DNA of 64,000 nucleotides from Eubacteriales bacterium (GTDB lineage Bacteria; Bacillota; Clostridia; Oscillospirales; CAG-272): NCBI GenBank assembly GCA_045638805.1, contig JAZUBZ010000095.1, positions 885 to 64,884 of the forward strand, read 5' to 3'. Shown piece by piece: positions 19,021 to 27,878 of this stretch (position 1 is its first letter; each line of letters starts with the position of its first letter). The notes under the pieces were generated by a model. It saw only the letters and a program-made list of their open reading frames with translations, ran no database searches and was not told where the DNA came from. The position numbers and the translations under genes were made by a program.

Positions 19021-20040
19021 TTATTTTCTGTTCATGTAATACATCAGGCTGTCCATTGTTGTTTCATCATTGACATTCATTCTACCGAGCAGGAATATTG
19101 AATCTCTGCAACCTTTGACAACCCAGTTTCTATGGCTGTAATCGGTAGTAAGACTAGCGCGGTATCCACGTGCCTTAAGTACCTCTTCAGCCCACGGATT
19201 ATGTTTACCGCTGGGATAGGAGAATACGACCTCGGACCAGACGCCTGCACTGTGAAGAACCTGCCAAGCAGCATCACAATCCTGAGAAAAAAATGCTTGA
19301 TACTCTTCCTTAGTCTCACCCTCAAGAGGCATACTGTTATCACGCTGTGTTTCACTATAATTTGTATTGAGTCCATGCATTCCCCATGTATGAGACTGAA
19401 CGTCCACAAATCTTGATGCTTCTAAGGTATCTATTTCACTAAGGTTCATTTTATAAAGCCAATTAGAATTAGGATCCGGAATCTCATCGTCAGAACGCAC
19501 GGTTCCACAAGTCATAAAAACTGTAACCGGAACCTGAAGCTCAGTTACTATAGGTAGAAGTAACTCATAATTGCTGTAATATCCATCATCAAAAGTAAGA
19601 CACACAGGCTTTGCGGGAAGCTCACCGTAACCGTCAACATATGCAGCAAGCTGTCTGAACGTTATAGGTGTAAATCCCTGTCCGAGAATATACTCAACAC
19701 ATGTCTTAAAATTGTCGGCAGACATTGACCACGTACCGCCTGACTCTCTTTTGAGATCGTGAAACATAAGGATAGGCACCATTATGCCTTCGGGTTCTAT
19801 TTCTTCAGGTTCAGTTATTACAGGTACGGTGGCTTCGGGTGCCGTCGTTTCGGGTGCCGTCGTTTCGGGCACTGTCGTTTCGGGTGCTGTCGTTTCGGGC
19901 GCTGTCGTTTCGGGAGAAATTTCGGTTTTACCGCTCATATCTGTAATACCAGGAACGTTCCCAGGAGTTTTGACATTAGTACAACTTACCAGCAAAAACA
20001 TTGCCAGTATCAAAGCACACAATTTTATACATCCATTCAT
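19021..20040 (-). CDS. polysaccharide deacetylase (NodB) lipoprotein with PETTA repeats
   Basis: Lipobox LLVSC, (PETTA)n linker, and the LTFDDGY NodB motif. Confidence 0.85.
   Translation of the reverse strand: MNGCIKLCALILAMFLLVSCTNVKTPGNVPGITDMSGKTEISPETTAPETTAPETTVPETTAPETTAPEATVPVITEPEEIEPEGIMVPILMFHDLKRESGGTWSMSADNFKTCVEYILGQGFTPITFRQLAAYVDGYGELPAKPVCLTFDDGYYSNYELLLPIVTELQVPVTVFMTCGTVRSDDEIPDPNSNWLYKMNLSEIDTLEASRFVDVQSHTWGMHGLNTNYSETQRDNSMPLEGETKEEYQAFFSQDCDAAWQVLHSAGVWSEVVFSYPSGKHNPWAEEVLKARGYRASLTTDYSHRNWVVKGCRDSIFLLGRMNVNDETTMDSLMYYMNRK
19831..19920 (-). repeat. six tandem 15-bp units inside the deacetylase gene, encoding the PETTA repeats
   Basis: Units of CGTTTCGGGTGCCGT with a few substitutions, contiguous and in frame. 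Confidence 0.9.
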
Positions 20041-20126
20041 ACATTACATCCACCTTAAAATACTTTGAGCTTAATTCTACCATAATTACACGTAATTGTC
20101 AATAACAAAATTAGGTAATGTAGAAT

Positions 20127-20654
20127 TCATCCCCTACCGTAACCGCCGCTTAATGGGTCACGGAACAGCGGGATCTCAGGTGTAATGAATGTAAATACGG
20201 CAAACAGCACACCGATGGCAAGCAAAATCAAAAGCGCAGCATTTCCCCTACACTTCCCCGTGTCCTTTTTAAGTGCTACGGTCTCATAGTAAAAGGCGAC
20301 AGCCGCGGAAATAAAGAAGGTTGAAATATTCACCCAGTCCGGAGTGTCACCAAACGCACCGCGTATGGTATAAAACAGCACTGGAATCAAAACAAGTCCG
20401 AGAAGTGTCCCCTTCAGCTTAACGCACCAAAAGCTTTGCCTGCCATTATCAAGATACTTATTCTGTATCAGCGCGTAAAACAGCATGGGAAAATAAAGCA
20501 GCTTCATATGCTCCCACGTTGACTCGTTGACACCGGAAAACACCGCCGCTATGGGGGATGCCCCTGATACATCGTATAAAAAGTGGAGAAGCACACCTGC
20601 AACCGACACAAAGACAAAACCCGTAAGCTGACTTAAAAACGCGCTCTTTTTCAT
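20127..20654 (-). CDS. multi-pass membrane protein (DUF6512-like)
   Basis: About 6 hydrophobic helices. Start set at the ATG at 20654, 8 nt after AAAGAGG. Family name is from memory only. Confidence 0.7.
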   Translation of the reverse strand: MKKSAFLSQLTGFVFVSVAGVLLHFLYDVSGASPIAAVFSGVNESTWEHMKLLYFPMLFYALIQNKYLDNGRQSFWCVKLKGTLLGLVLIPVLFYTIRGAFGDTPDWVNISTFFISAAVAFYYETVALKKDTGKCRGNAALLILLAIGVLFAVFTFITPEIPLFRDPLSGGYGRG

Positions 20655-20799
20655 TATTTCTGCCTCTTTATGCATTATGTAATTTATAGATTATACGTCA
20701 AAACTGCAGATAAATATGCTCACTCACGCAGATAATTGACAATCAAATAATAATTTGATATAATGAAGTCAGAACAACTTGCTGATTGGAGATGATACA

Positions 20800-21366
20800 A
20801 TGACTGAGCTTGAAAAAATAGCGTATGCAAAGACTTTTATCGATAAGCTGGCAAACGGAATAAATCCCCTTGACGATACCCCCGTCAAGGAAGACGACAT
20901 CGTGAACAACGTAAGGCTGTCCCGATGCTTCTTTTACGTCACCGATATACTTAAGCAGGTGATCGAAAACGGCGGAGTGACACCTCCCGCAAGGGTCCGC
21001 AGAGAACGCTTCACCCTGAGCGCAGAGGCTGTACAAGGGTTTGAATATTCCGCAAGTCCCCTGCCAATAAGCGAGATTGCAAAGAGGATATCCGCGCTTA
21101 AAGACGACCCAAACATGAGAAACTTGTCACACGTAAGTATAACGAATTGGCTCGTCAGCATCGGTATGCTGTATGTGCAGGATAAAGGCGATAACAGGAC
21201 TGAAAAGCGTCCGACGGAAGAAGGTATCCGTCTCGGAATATCAACCGAGGCAAGGCACGGAATGCGTGGCGACTATACTGCAGTCCTTTACTCGACAGAC
21301 GTACAGAGATTTATCGTTGACAATATCGACGCTATCGTGGCGTGGGGCGCAAGAAAAGGTGAATAA
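20800..21366 (+). CDS. hypothetical cytoplasmic protein
   Basis: ATG at 20800 after GGAG, followed by a strong hairpin terminator. No motif assigned. Confidence 0.65.
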   Translation: MTELEKIAYAKTFIDKLANGINPLDDTPVKEDDIVNNVRLSRCFFYVTDILKQVIENGGVTPPARVRRERFTLSAEAVQGFEYSASPLPISEIAKRISALKDDPNMRNLSHVSITNWLVSIGMLYVQDKGDNRTEKRPTEEGIRLGISTEARHGMRGDYTAVLYSTDVQRFIVDNIDAIVAWGARKGE

Positions 21367-21370
21367 GTGA

Positions 21371-21409
21371 GAAAGCTCCTTCCGAATACGGAAGGAGCTT
21401 TCTGCTTTT
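21371..21409 (+). terminator. terminator after 20800..21366
   Basis: GAAAGCTCCTTCC-GAATAC-GGAAGGAGCTTTC followed by TGCTTTT. Confidence 0.8.
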
Positions 21410-21497
21410 ATGGAGAGAGAGTTTGATATTGATTTGTAAGGATAAAACAACTGTTAATTAATGATTCCCTCAAGCTTAGAGAGGCCTTCAATATACT

Positions 21498-23123
21498 TTA
21501 CTCATACGTAATCTCTTGAAGATTGCTACAATCTTCAAAAGCTGACTCAGGAACATCCGTTACACTTGAAGGGATTTCAACAGATTGTATCTTTGTACCG
21601 TAAAATGCACCTTCTCCGATAGACTGAAGTCCGGCTTCAAGATCGATCGTTTCAAGTCCCGCATATGCGAAAACATTATTTCCCCATGAGACAACACCCT
21701 TCGGAATATTAACGTGCTTCAGCATACTGCAGTTGGAGAATGCTACATCACCAAGGCTCGTTAAAGTCCCCGGAAGAGTAATCTGTGAAATCTTATTACA
21801 GGTAAAGAATGCATTAGTCCCAATGGATTCAAGACCGTCATTTAACTCAACATTAGACAGATTCTCGCAACAATAAAACGCTCTGTCTTCAATGCTTCTT
21901 ACGGTTTCGGGGATAGTAACTGAGGTAATCACAGAATTACAGAAAAACGCGTTCATGCCTATGCTTACAACGGGTACGTCATTTATATGGGACGGTATGA
22001 CTACGTTGGGTTCAGTACCTATGTAGTCGTAGATTACAGCCTCACCGTTGCTGTTGACCACATATCCAAGATCCTCATGGTATTCCATCGCACATTCAGT
22101 GCCGATCTCCGCAGACTTATATCCGTTCCACACGGGAGATGTGAATCCTTCTGAATCTGAACTGTAGTATATGGTATATTTGGGCACAGAGGGAATCAAA
22201 TAGGTTCCGTATTCTTCCTGAGTGATATATCCTTCAGGCGCATCACCTTTAAATATTACGCTTTCAATTGTGGTACTATTGCTGAAAGTCATTTCCGTAA
22301 TATCAGTAACGGTTGAAGGTATCACGATCTCCGTCAGCTTTGTATTTCCACCGAAGGCATATGAATCTATACGCTCAAGACCTTCGTTAAGCTGTACGCT
22401 TGACAGCTCGTTGCAGTCGAGAAATGCACTACTATAAATATTTCTGACGCTGCTCGGTAAAACGACTTCGGTAATATTTGTACCAGCAAAAGCGGCATAG
22501 GCAATAGACTCTACACCATCTTCAAAATCAATAGACTGAAGTCCTGCTCCTACAAAGGACTCAGCTTGCCAGCCTCCAACCTCATCAGCATCTTTACCTA
22601 CGAGTGTTTTTGGGATGATGATATGGGTAAGTGCCTTACAATTGTAAAAAGCACGGTAACCAAGTTCTGTAAGTCCTGAGGGAAGTGTGATACCTGAAAC
22701 CTTTACACATTCTTCAAATGCACCGGGTCCGATCTCAATCAGTCCTTCGGGCAAATTAACAGTTGTTAATTCTGTACACATTTGAAATACCGCGGCGGAA
22801 ATGACAGTTACCGTATCGGGAATGACTACACTTACAAGTTTTTTGTTATATGCAAAAGCAAGACCTCCGATTTTGGTTACGGTCTTTCCGTCTATCGTTT
22901 CGGGAATAACAACGTCAGCAACGTCACCAACGTATCTCTTGATGACAATATTTCCGTCTTCATTTTCGGTATACTCAAAGTCTTCTGCCGGATTTGCTTC
23001 TATTATAGGTCCGGTTGTAACGGCATCGGTTGTCTTCTCTGCGCCATCTGTTACGTTTGTGCAACCGGTTAGAAGCAGAGCAAATATGGTAATAGCGGTA
23101 AGTAAAACAGTGATTCGTTTCAT
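21498..23123 (-). CDS. BspA-type leucine-rich-repeat (LRR_5) lipoprotein
   Basis: Lipobox LLTGC. Repeated units of the form IPxxVxxIxxxAFxxCxxLxxVxLPxGL. Two LRR arrays separated by a GDAPE...GFTSPVWNGY module. Confidence 0.85.
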   Translation of the reverse strand: MKRITVLLTAITIFALLLTGCTNVTDGAEKTTDAVTTGPIIEANPAEDFEYTENEDGNIVIKRYVGDVADVVIPETIDGKTVTKIGGLAFAYNKKLVSVVIPDTVTVISAAVFQMCTELTTVNLPEGLIEIGPGAFEECVKVSGITLPSGLTELGYRAFYNCKALTHIIIPKTLVGKDADEVGGWQAESFVGAGLQSIDFEDGVESIAYAAFAGTNITEVVLPSSVRNIYSSAFLDCNELSSVQLNEGLERIDSYAFGGNTKLTEIVIPSTVTDITEMTFSNSTTIESVIFKGDAPEGYITQEEYGTYLIPSVPKYTIYYSSDSEGFTSPVWNGYKSAEIGTECAMEYHEDLGYVVNSNGEAVIYDYIGTEPNVVIPSHINDVPVVSIGMNAFFCNSVITSVTIPETVRSIEDRAFYCCENLSNVELNDGLESIGTNAFFTCNKISQITLPGTLTSLGDVAFSNCSMLKHVNIPKGVVSWGNNVFAYAGLETIDLEAGLQSIGEGAFYGTKIQSVEIPSSVTDVPESAFEDCSNLQEITYE

Positions 23124-23145
23124 TTTGCAGTCTCCTTTGGGTTTT
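22879..23145 (-). repeat. about 267-bp duplicated 5' module (leader, signal peptide, first ~80 codons), copy 1
   Basis: Gapless hand alignment with 24008..24274 gave about 28 mismatches by eye. Confidence 0.85.
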
Positions 23146-23247
23146 AATTTTTTTCAACGTAGTAATTTTAAAGGTCTTCTGCATATTAATACGGGATTTT
23201 ACGGGGATTGGTTACAGATTTTGGGGAAAATATGAAAAAATGTGTTC

Positions 23248-24252
23248 TCACTTATTTTCGATAACTGCGCTTTTATATCCGTTCCACATGGGAGATGTAA
23301 ATCCTTCGGCACCTTCATAATAATAAACTGTATAATTTACATCCGTAGGCTCAATCGGCATTTCCTCATAGGGATAAATATACTTCTCGGGGGCATCGCC
23401 TTCAAAGACAACTTTTTCTAACGTACCACAACCACTGAATGCAAACTCGGTAATATTTTCTACAGATTTTGGTATCACTATTTCAGTAAGCTTTGACACC
23501 CCACCAAATGCATGGTCTTCAATAGAGATAATACCTTCGCTTAGCGTAACCGATTCAAGATTGGAACATGTACCGAATGCACCGCTGCCAATTGCTTCTA
23601 TACTTCCGGGTAACATAACCTCTGAAATATTTGTACCTGCAAATGCAGTATCACCGATTGAACTTAATCCACCTTCAAATTCTATCGTTTCAAGTCCCGA
23701 GTCCATAAATGTTTCAAATCCCCATTTGGTAATGGATTTTGGAATACGAATATGAGTTAATGCGGAACAGTTTTTAAACGCCGCATTCAGCAGGCTCTCC
23801 AAAGAACTCGGAAGAGTAATTGTTGAAAGTTTTGAACAACCTTCAAACGCACCTGCTCCTATAGATCTCAAATTTTCAGGTAAATTAATTTCAACAAGAA
23901 ATGCACACTGAAAAAAAGCACTATTTTGAATATTGATTACTGTATTCGGAATAGTAACTGAGATCAGTTTATAATTGTTTGAGAAGGAATTACTACCGAT
24001 CTCCGTCACGGTCTTTCCGTCTATCGTTTCGGGGATAACAACATCAGCAGCGTCACCAACGTATCTCTTTATTACAATATTTCCGTCCTCATTTTCACTG
24101 TACTCAAAGTCAGATACGGGATTTGCTTCTACCATAGGTCCGGTTGTAACGGCATCGGTTGTTTTCTCTGCGCTATCTGTTACATTTGTGCAACCGGCTA
24201 GAAGCAGAGCAATTATAGTAATAACGGTAAGTAAAATAGTGATTCGTTTCAT
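23248..24252 (-). CDS. BspA-type leucine-rich-repeat (LRR_5) lipoprotein, paralog of 21498..23123
   Basis: Lipobox LLAGC. The same LRR units. The first ~85 aa are nearly identical to the neighbour. Confidence 0.85.
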   Translation of the reverse strand: MKRITILLTVITIIALLLAGCTNVTDSAEKTTDAVTTGPMVEANPVSDFEYSENEDGNIVIKRYVGDAADVVIPETIDGKTVTEIGSNSFSNNYKLISVTIPNTVINIQNSAFFQCAFLVEINLPENLRSIGAGAFEGCSKLSTITLPSSLESLLNAAFKNCSALTHIRIPKSITKWGFETFMDSGLETIEFEGGLSSIGDTAFAGTNISEVMLPGSIEAIGSGAFGTCSNLESVTLSEGIISIEDHAFGGVSKLTEIVIPKSVENITEFAFSGCGTLEKVVFEGDAPEKYIYPYEEMPIEPTDVNYTVYYYEGAEGFTSPMWNGYKSAVIENK

Positions 24253-24274
24253 TTTGCAGTCTCCTTTTAGTTTG
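24008..24274 (-). repeat. about 267-bp duplicated 5' module, copy 2
   Basis: See copy 1. Confidence 0.85.
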
Positions 24275-24314
24275 TGATATTTATGTTCCGTGAATTTTAC
24301 TTATTTTAATACAT

Positions 24315-24917
24315 TTACCGCAGTTTGTCTTTAAAAACTTCGGTTACATCATAGCTGAAGTAATCTCCGCTTCTCTGATCGAAGTATATAAGATAAAAGG
24401 TACCGTCCGCCTTCTTTTTCAAGTGGCAAGTCAAAGTCAGATCACACGGCAGGTCAAAAACGATCTTCGTATTGCTTAACAACTGTTTCTCCGTCTTTGT
24501 TCCCTCTCCGCTACGGATAATATCAAGCAAGTCACTGACGTTTTTTTCGTCATCAATAGTCTGTGGAACATTGTTCCATTTAACGTCAATTCGCTTTGCA
24601 TCGCAAACCATTACAGGAAGCGGAGCTAATTTATTCATGTATATTTCATGTGTAGATAATCCACCCATAAAAGATGATGTTTTTACATTAAGATACATGT
24701 TTTTATCCATACCTTCAAGCCAAGTAAAAACGTACACGTCTCCCCCTTTATCGTATGTACCCACGTATTTTCCGTCTTCATTTCCGCTGTAATGGGACAA
24801 AACCTCCCAATCGGAAATGACATAGGCTAAAAACTCCTCACTCTCGCCTCTTCTGCATCCGATAAGTGTTACTGATAACATTAAAATTACTGCCAGTAAA
24901 AAAGCTATTCGTTTCAT
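24315..24917 (-). CDS. hypothetical lipoprotein
   Basis: MKRIAFLLAVILMLSVTLIGC lipobox. It shares the 5' leader/RBS sequence with the two LRR genes. Confidence 0.7.
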   Translation of the reverse strand: MKRIAFLLAVILMLSVTLIGCRRGESEEFLAYVISDWEVLSHYSGNEDGKYVGTYDKGGDVYVFTWLEGMDKNMYLNVKTSSFMGGLSTHEIYMNKLAPLPVMVCDAKRIDVKWNNVPQTIDDEKNVSDLLDIIRSGEGTKTEKQLLSNTKIVFDLPCDLTLTCHLKKKADGTFYLIYFDQRSGDYFSYDVTEVFKDKLR

Positions 24918-24936
24918 TTCGCAGTCTCCTTTGGGT
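24906..24936 (-). repeat. 31-bp third copy of the leader/RBS/start segment
   Basis: ATTCGTTTCATTTCGCAGTCTCCTTTGGGTT differs at one position from 23113..23143. Confidence 0.8.
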
Positions 24937-25232
24937 TGATTGTGTTAATTGACTTCTTCTATTAATTCAGACGGAAATTCTAAAGTAAAGGTTACAAAAA
25001 CAGATATTTATGTATTGTTATTTCCTTTACAATCAAAGTATACCACATATCAAACAACATGTCAATTTTACATTGCTTCGTATGTTTAGTTCTCTTTATA
25101 AACATTACGAACAAGATGCTGTTTTTCTTTCGTTTTTTATACTTGTTTTTTTACTTTATACTGTAACCTTTGACGCAGGAAATCTGTCATAATAATTGAA
25201 GGATAAAACGTTACGTGTATATAACGATCAAC

Positions 25233-25262
25233 TTGACAGATACAGGTAAAAGGTAGTATAAT
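25233..25262 (+). promoter_or_regulatory. near-consensus sigma-A promoter reading into the RHS remnant/immunity array
   Basis: TTGACA (25233-25238), an 18-nt spacer, then TATAAT (25257-25262). Confidence 0.55.
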
Positions 25263-25508
25263 ATTTACAGATAGGGATTGGAACGATAATATACTTGTTC
25301 CTCTTTATGACACTGAAAACAATGTTTGTGGTATTATCTACAATAATGTACCGTAACTTCCCGGGGAACCTCCGGGGTGACGTAATCGCTATTGTTGCCA
25401 AGAATACTAATCCATTGCACCTACACCTACGACGCTTGGGGTGTACCTGCAGCTACTCAGGATATCTATGGAACAATACTGAGTATGTATTATGGGCATT
25501 GTCTCTAA
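25237..25508 (+). pseudogene. frameshifted remnant of the 3' end of an RHS/YD-repeat core
   Basis: Three consecutive frames read YDTENNVCGIIYNNVP* (to 25356), NFPGNLRGDVIAIVAKNTN (from 25355) and HCTYTYDAWGVPAATQDIYG (from 25413, stop at 25506-25508). Joined, this is the usual GxxYxxxxYYxxxNLQGDVxAIxD...YxYDAWG stretch of RHS cores. Confidence 0.75.
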
Positions 25509-25597
25509 CAAAATCAACTGGCTTTTGTAGTTAACCGATAAGCTCAAATGTAAACAGTACCATTTTAGAAATAATCAAAAAAGAGAGTGTGTACATA

Positions 25598-26017
25598 ATG
25601 AATGATGCGACTGTAATTTCGTATATCTTGACCAGATGGATGCTTTGGCTGATAATATTCTTTATTTTGAGTGCTTTGTTTGCTGTGTATTCTTTTATCA
25701 AACGCGTAAAAAAGTATAGATGGTTACTCGTTTTGCCTCTCTTACTGTATACGATCTATGCAGCAATTCCAACAATTAACGGGTTTATTGATATTTCACA
25801 GGACTCATACATCACCCAGTCTGTCAGCTACTATCGCCCAAGTGAAGCTAACACCAGGGGTTCTCTCCCTGCATCAGAAAGTATTCAAGTAACTCTATCC
25901 ACCGGTGAAACACTAACGCTTAAATGCGGTGATACAAGTTTCCCCTATGGCAGGTATACCGGTGTAATTGTCTACGCCCAAAGAAGTAAGATTGCTATCT
26001 CTTTCACTCCGGATTGA
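25598..26017 (+). CDS. small membrane protein, candidate orphan immunity protein
   Basis: Two N-terminal TM helices plus a soluble tail of about 75 aa. It lies 89 nt downstream of the RHS remnant. The RBS is weak. Confidence 0.6.
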   Translation: MNDATVISYILTRWMLWLIIFFILSALFAVYSFIKRVKKYRWLLVLPLLLYTIYAAIPTINGFIDISQDSYITQSVSYYRPSEANTRGSLPASESIQVTLSTGETLTLKCGDTSFPYGRYTGVIVYAQRSKIAISFTPD

Positions 26018-26242
26018 TGTGTTGTTTTAACCGGTGAGAATGAATACAGCATTTGATCAAAAATTGATTTTGATTCCAAAGAAATAATACTCGTTAATGA
26101 AAATAATACGTAAGTCTGTATTTATGTAACTTAGTAGCATTTTGTGTATAAGTACTTCAAATGAGAATCTCTGTTTTACAACAGATGAGGTAAGAAATTT
26201 ACTCCTATCAGCTGTCATCCGAGCATTGCTATAATCAATCAT

Positions 26243-26881
26243 TTCCGCTATAGATCGTACTATTACGATGAAGAAATCGCAATGTACTATCTCCAGAGTA
26301 GATATTATGATGCGGTTGTCGGTAGGTTTGTTAATGCGGATGATTGTAATATAGTTATTTCAACATTCAATTCATATAATCATTCTTTCATCTTTTGCAA
26401 TAATGATGCCATCAACAACTATGATTTCTATGGCTTCATATCAATTAAAGCAATGGCAATGGTAACATGCGCAATTGCTGGAGCTGTGTATGCTGTATCC
26501 AAAGCATCACAATTGATTAACAAAAATTATTTCAAGAAGAATGGTCTTGTAGTTGATGGACTGACAATATATTTAGCAGCTTTTATTGCTGGCGGTATAG
26601 CGGGATTATTCGCTGGATCTAAGATTACTGGATATTTCAATTTGATAATGGGAGCCATTGGTGCTATTATTTCTGTCATTGTTTATTTAAAACTACATAA
26701 AAAAATGTTACATTCCAAAATAAAATCGAGTGATGTATTGTGGGTAGCCATCAAAGGTTTTTATACTGCATCAATTGGAGTTAGTAGTAAATCATCAAAA
26801 AAATATGTAATACAGTGCGTCCTAAAAGCAGTGGGGTTGGGAGCATTGGTCGGTTTTTGTGATTTGTTTTTGTTTTTCTAA
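26243..26881 (+). CDS. orphan RHS C-terminal toxin tip with glycine-zipper membrane helices (no convincing own start)
   Basis: Frame open from 26189. It reads FRYRSYYYDEEIAMYYLQSRYYDAVVGRFVNAD (RHS core end), then FCNNDAINNYDFYG (pre-toxin linker), then hydrophobic helices containing AIAGAVYA, GGIAGLFAG and GAIGAI. The listed ATG at 26282 lacks an RBS. Confidence 0.75.
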   Translation, partial: FRYRSYYYDEEIAMYYLQSRYYDAVVGRFVNADDCNIVISTFNSYNHSFIFCNNDAINNYDFYGFISIKAMAMVTCAIAGAVYAVSKASQLINKNYFKKNGLVVDGLTIYLAAFIAGGIAGLFAGSKITGYFNLIMGAIGAIISVIVYLKLHKKMLHSKIKSSDVLWVAIKGFYTASIGVSSKSSKKYVIQCVLKAVGLGALVGFCDLFLFF

Positions 26882-26900
26882 TGTTAAATAAGAGGTCATT

Positions 26901-27155
26901 ATGAAATTAGCTTTTTTAATTGTAACGAGTATACTTCTATCTGTAACTGAGTTTATGATGCTTTGTATAGTTCCGAAAAAAACTGACAAAATTGTTTTTA
27001 GCATTATTGCACTCATAGTATTTTTTGTTGTTATTTATATACATCCTCAATTTATTCATAGTTTAGGTGTATTATGGGATTTACAAGTTCAATCAAAGGT
27101 TATTCTAGGAATTAGTTACGGATTAACTCTAATTGCTTCTGTTATATATAAATAA
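26901..27155 (+). CDS. 84-aa three-TM protein, candidate immunity protein for the preceding toxin tip
   Basis: Starts 19 nt after the toxin-tip stop. AAGAGG RBS 6 nt upstream. Three hydrophobic helices. Confidence 0.6.
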   Translation: MKLAFLIVTSILLSVTEFMMLCIVPKKTDKIVFSIIALIVFFVVIYIHPQFIHSLGVLWDLQVQSKVILGISYGLTLIASVIYK

Positions 27156-27175
27156 GTTCAAATCGCTCAGTACTT

Positions 27176-27823
27176 GTGTTCGTTTTCAATCATGTAATTT
27201 ATACATTTCGGCAGGGACATTACTTCTCTGCCGAAATGTACTATCTCCAAAGCAGATATTACGATGCCAAAGTTGGTAGGTTTGTGAATGCGGATCTAAT
27301 CGAAACCGCCGGACTATACATGAATATTCTTAAATGGAACATGTCTGCATATTGCGAAAACGATCCTATTCTAAGAATAGATTGTAATGGTTGTTACTGG
27401 TATCAAAATTATTATGGATTTAAAAAAACTTCCGTTGGATTCAACCTATATGCAAACATTGCGTTTTTGTCTAGAACATTCTGTCTAGCATATGCTTACG
27501 ATTTTTTAAGAGCAAACGGAACATGGCATTGGTATGGTCGTACATATTCTGGAATGGATCAACTTCGAATTGCACAAGAATTATGGTTCCATGCAATTGT
27601 GTATTATATAGGTATGCCAATTCAAAAAGTTCTTAAAGTAGTTGGTATTTCATGGGGATGGCTGAATAGAAAAGTGACTAGTGCAAATTACATGGAAATA
27701 AATAGCAACGACAGCCGAGCATGGATCTTCGCATTATTTTGGTGGGTAGGTTTTGAAATTAAAGCTGCAATATGTCAAAAACTGAGTATTCCTTATAGAA
27801 TCATTACTGCAATTGTGCTATAA
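27176..27823 (+). CDS. orphan RHS C-terminal toxin tip, unknown toxin domain (no convincing own start)
   Basis: Frame open from 27152. It reads TFRQGHYFSAEMYYLQSRYYDAKVGRFVNAD, then NMSAYCENDPILRIDCNG (AYCxNNPxxxxDxxG-type linker), then about 150 aa of unassigned sequence. Confidence 0.7.
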   Translation: MFVFNHVIYTFRQGHYFSAEMYYLQSRYYDAKVGRFVNADLIETAGLYMNILKWNMSAYCENDPILRIDCNGCYWYQNYYGFKKTSVGFNLYANIAFLSRTFCLAYAYDFLRANGTWHWYGRTYSGMDQLRIAQELWFHAIVYYIGMPIQKVLKVVGISWGWLNRKVTSANYMEINSNDSRAWIFALFWWVGFEIKAAICQKLSIPYRIITAIVL

Positions 27824-27878
27824 CCTTTATCCACCTTAATAATAGCCCAAAATTCAACTTTGATACAAGAGGTAAATC

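Noticed and set aside
19831-19920. Possible CRISPR-like or minisatellite array.
   Set aside because: The units are contiguous with no spacers, only 15 bp long, and in frame within a CDS. This is a coding tandem repeat, not a CRISPR array.
19759-20068. Plus-strand ORFs with GFGCRRFG and VVSGAVVSG repeats.
   Set aside because: They are the antisense reading of the PETTA tandem repeat inside the deacetylase gene. The repetitiveness is inherited from the 15-bp repeat.
25010-25192. 60-aa plus-strand ORF upstream of the island promoter.
   Set aside because: It lies in a very AT-rich intergenic region, has no RBS and a low-complexity hydrophobic translation, and lies upstream of the only good promoter.
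26057-26242. 61-aa minus-strand ORF between cassette 1 and cassette 2.
   Set aside because: It is antisense to the open RHS-junction frame, AT-rich with no RBS, and ends in the intergenic spacer.
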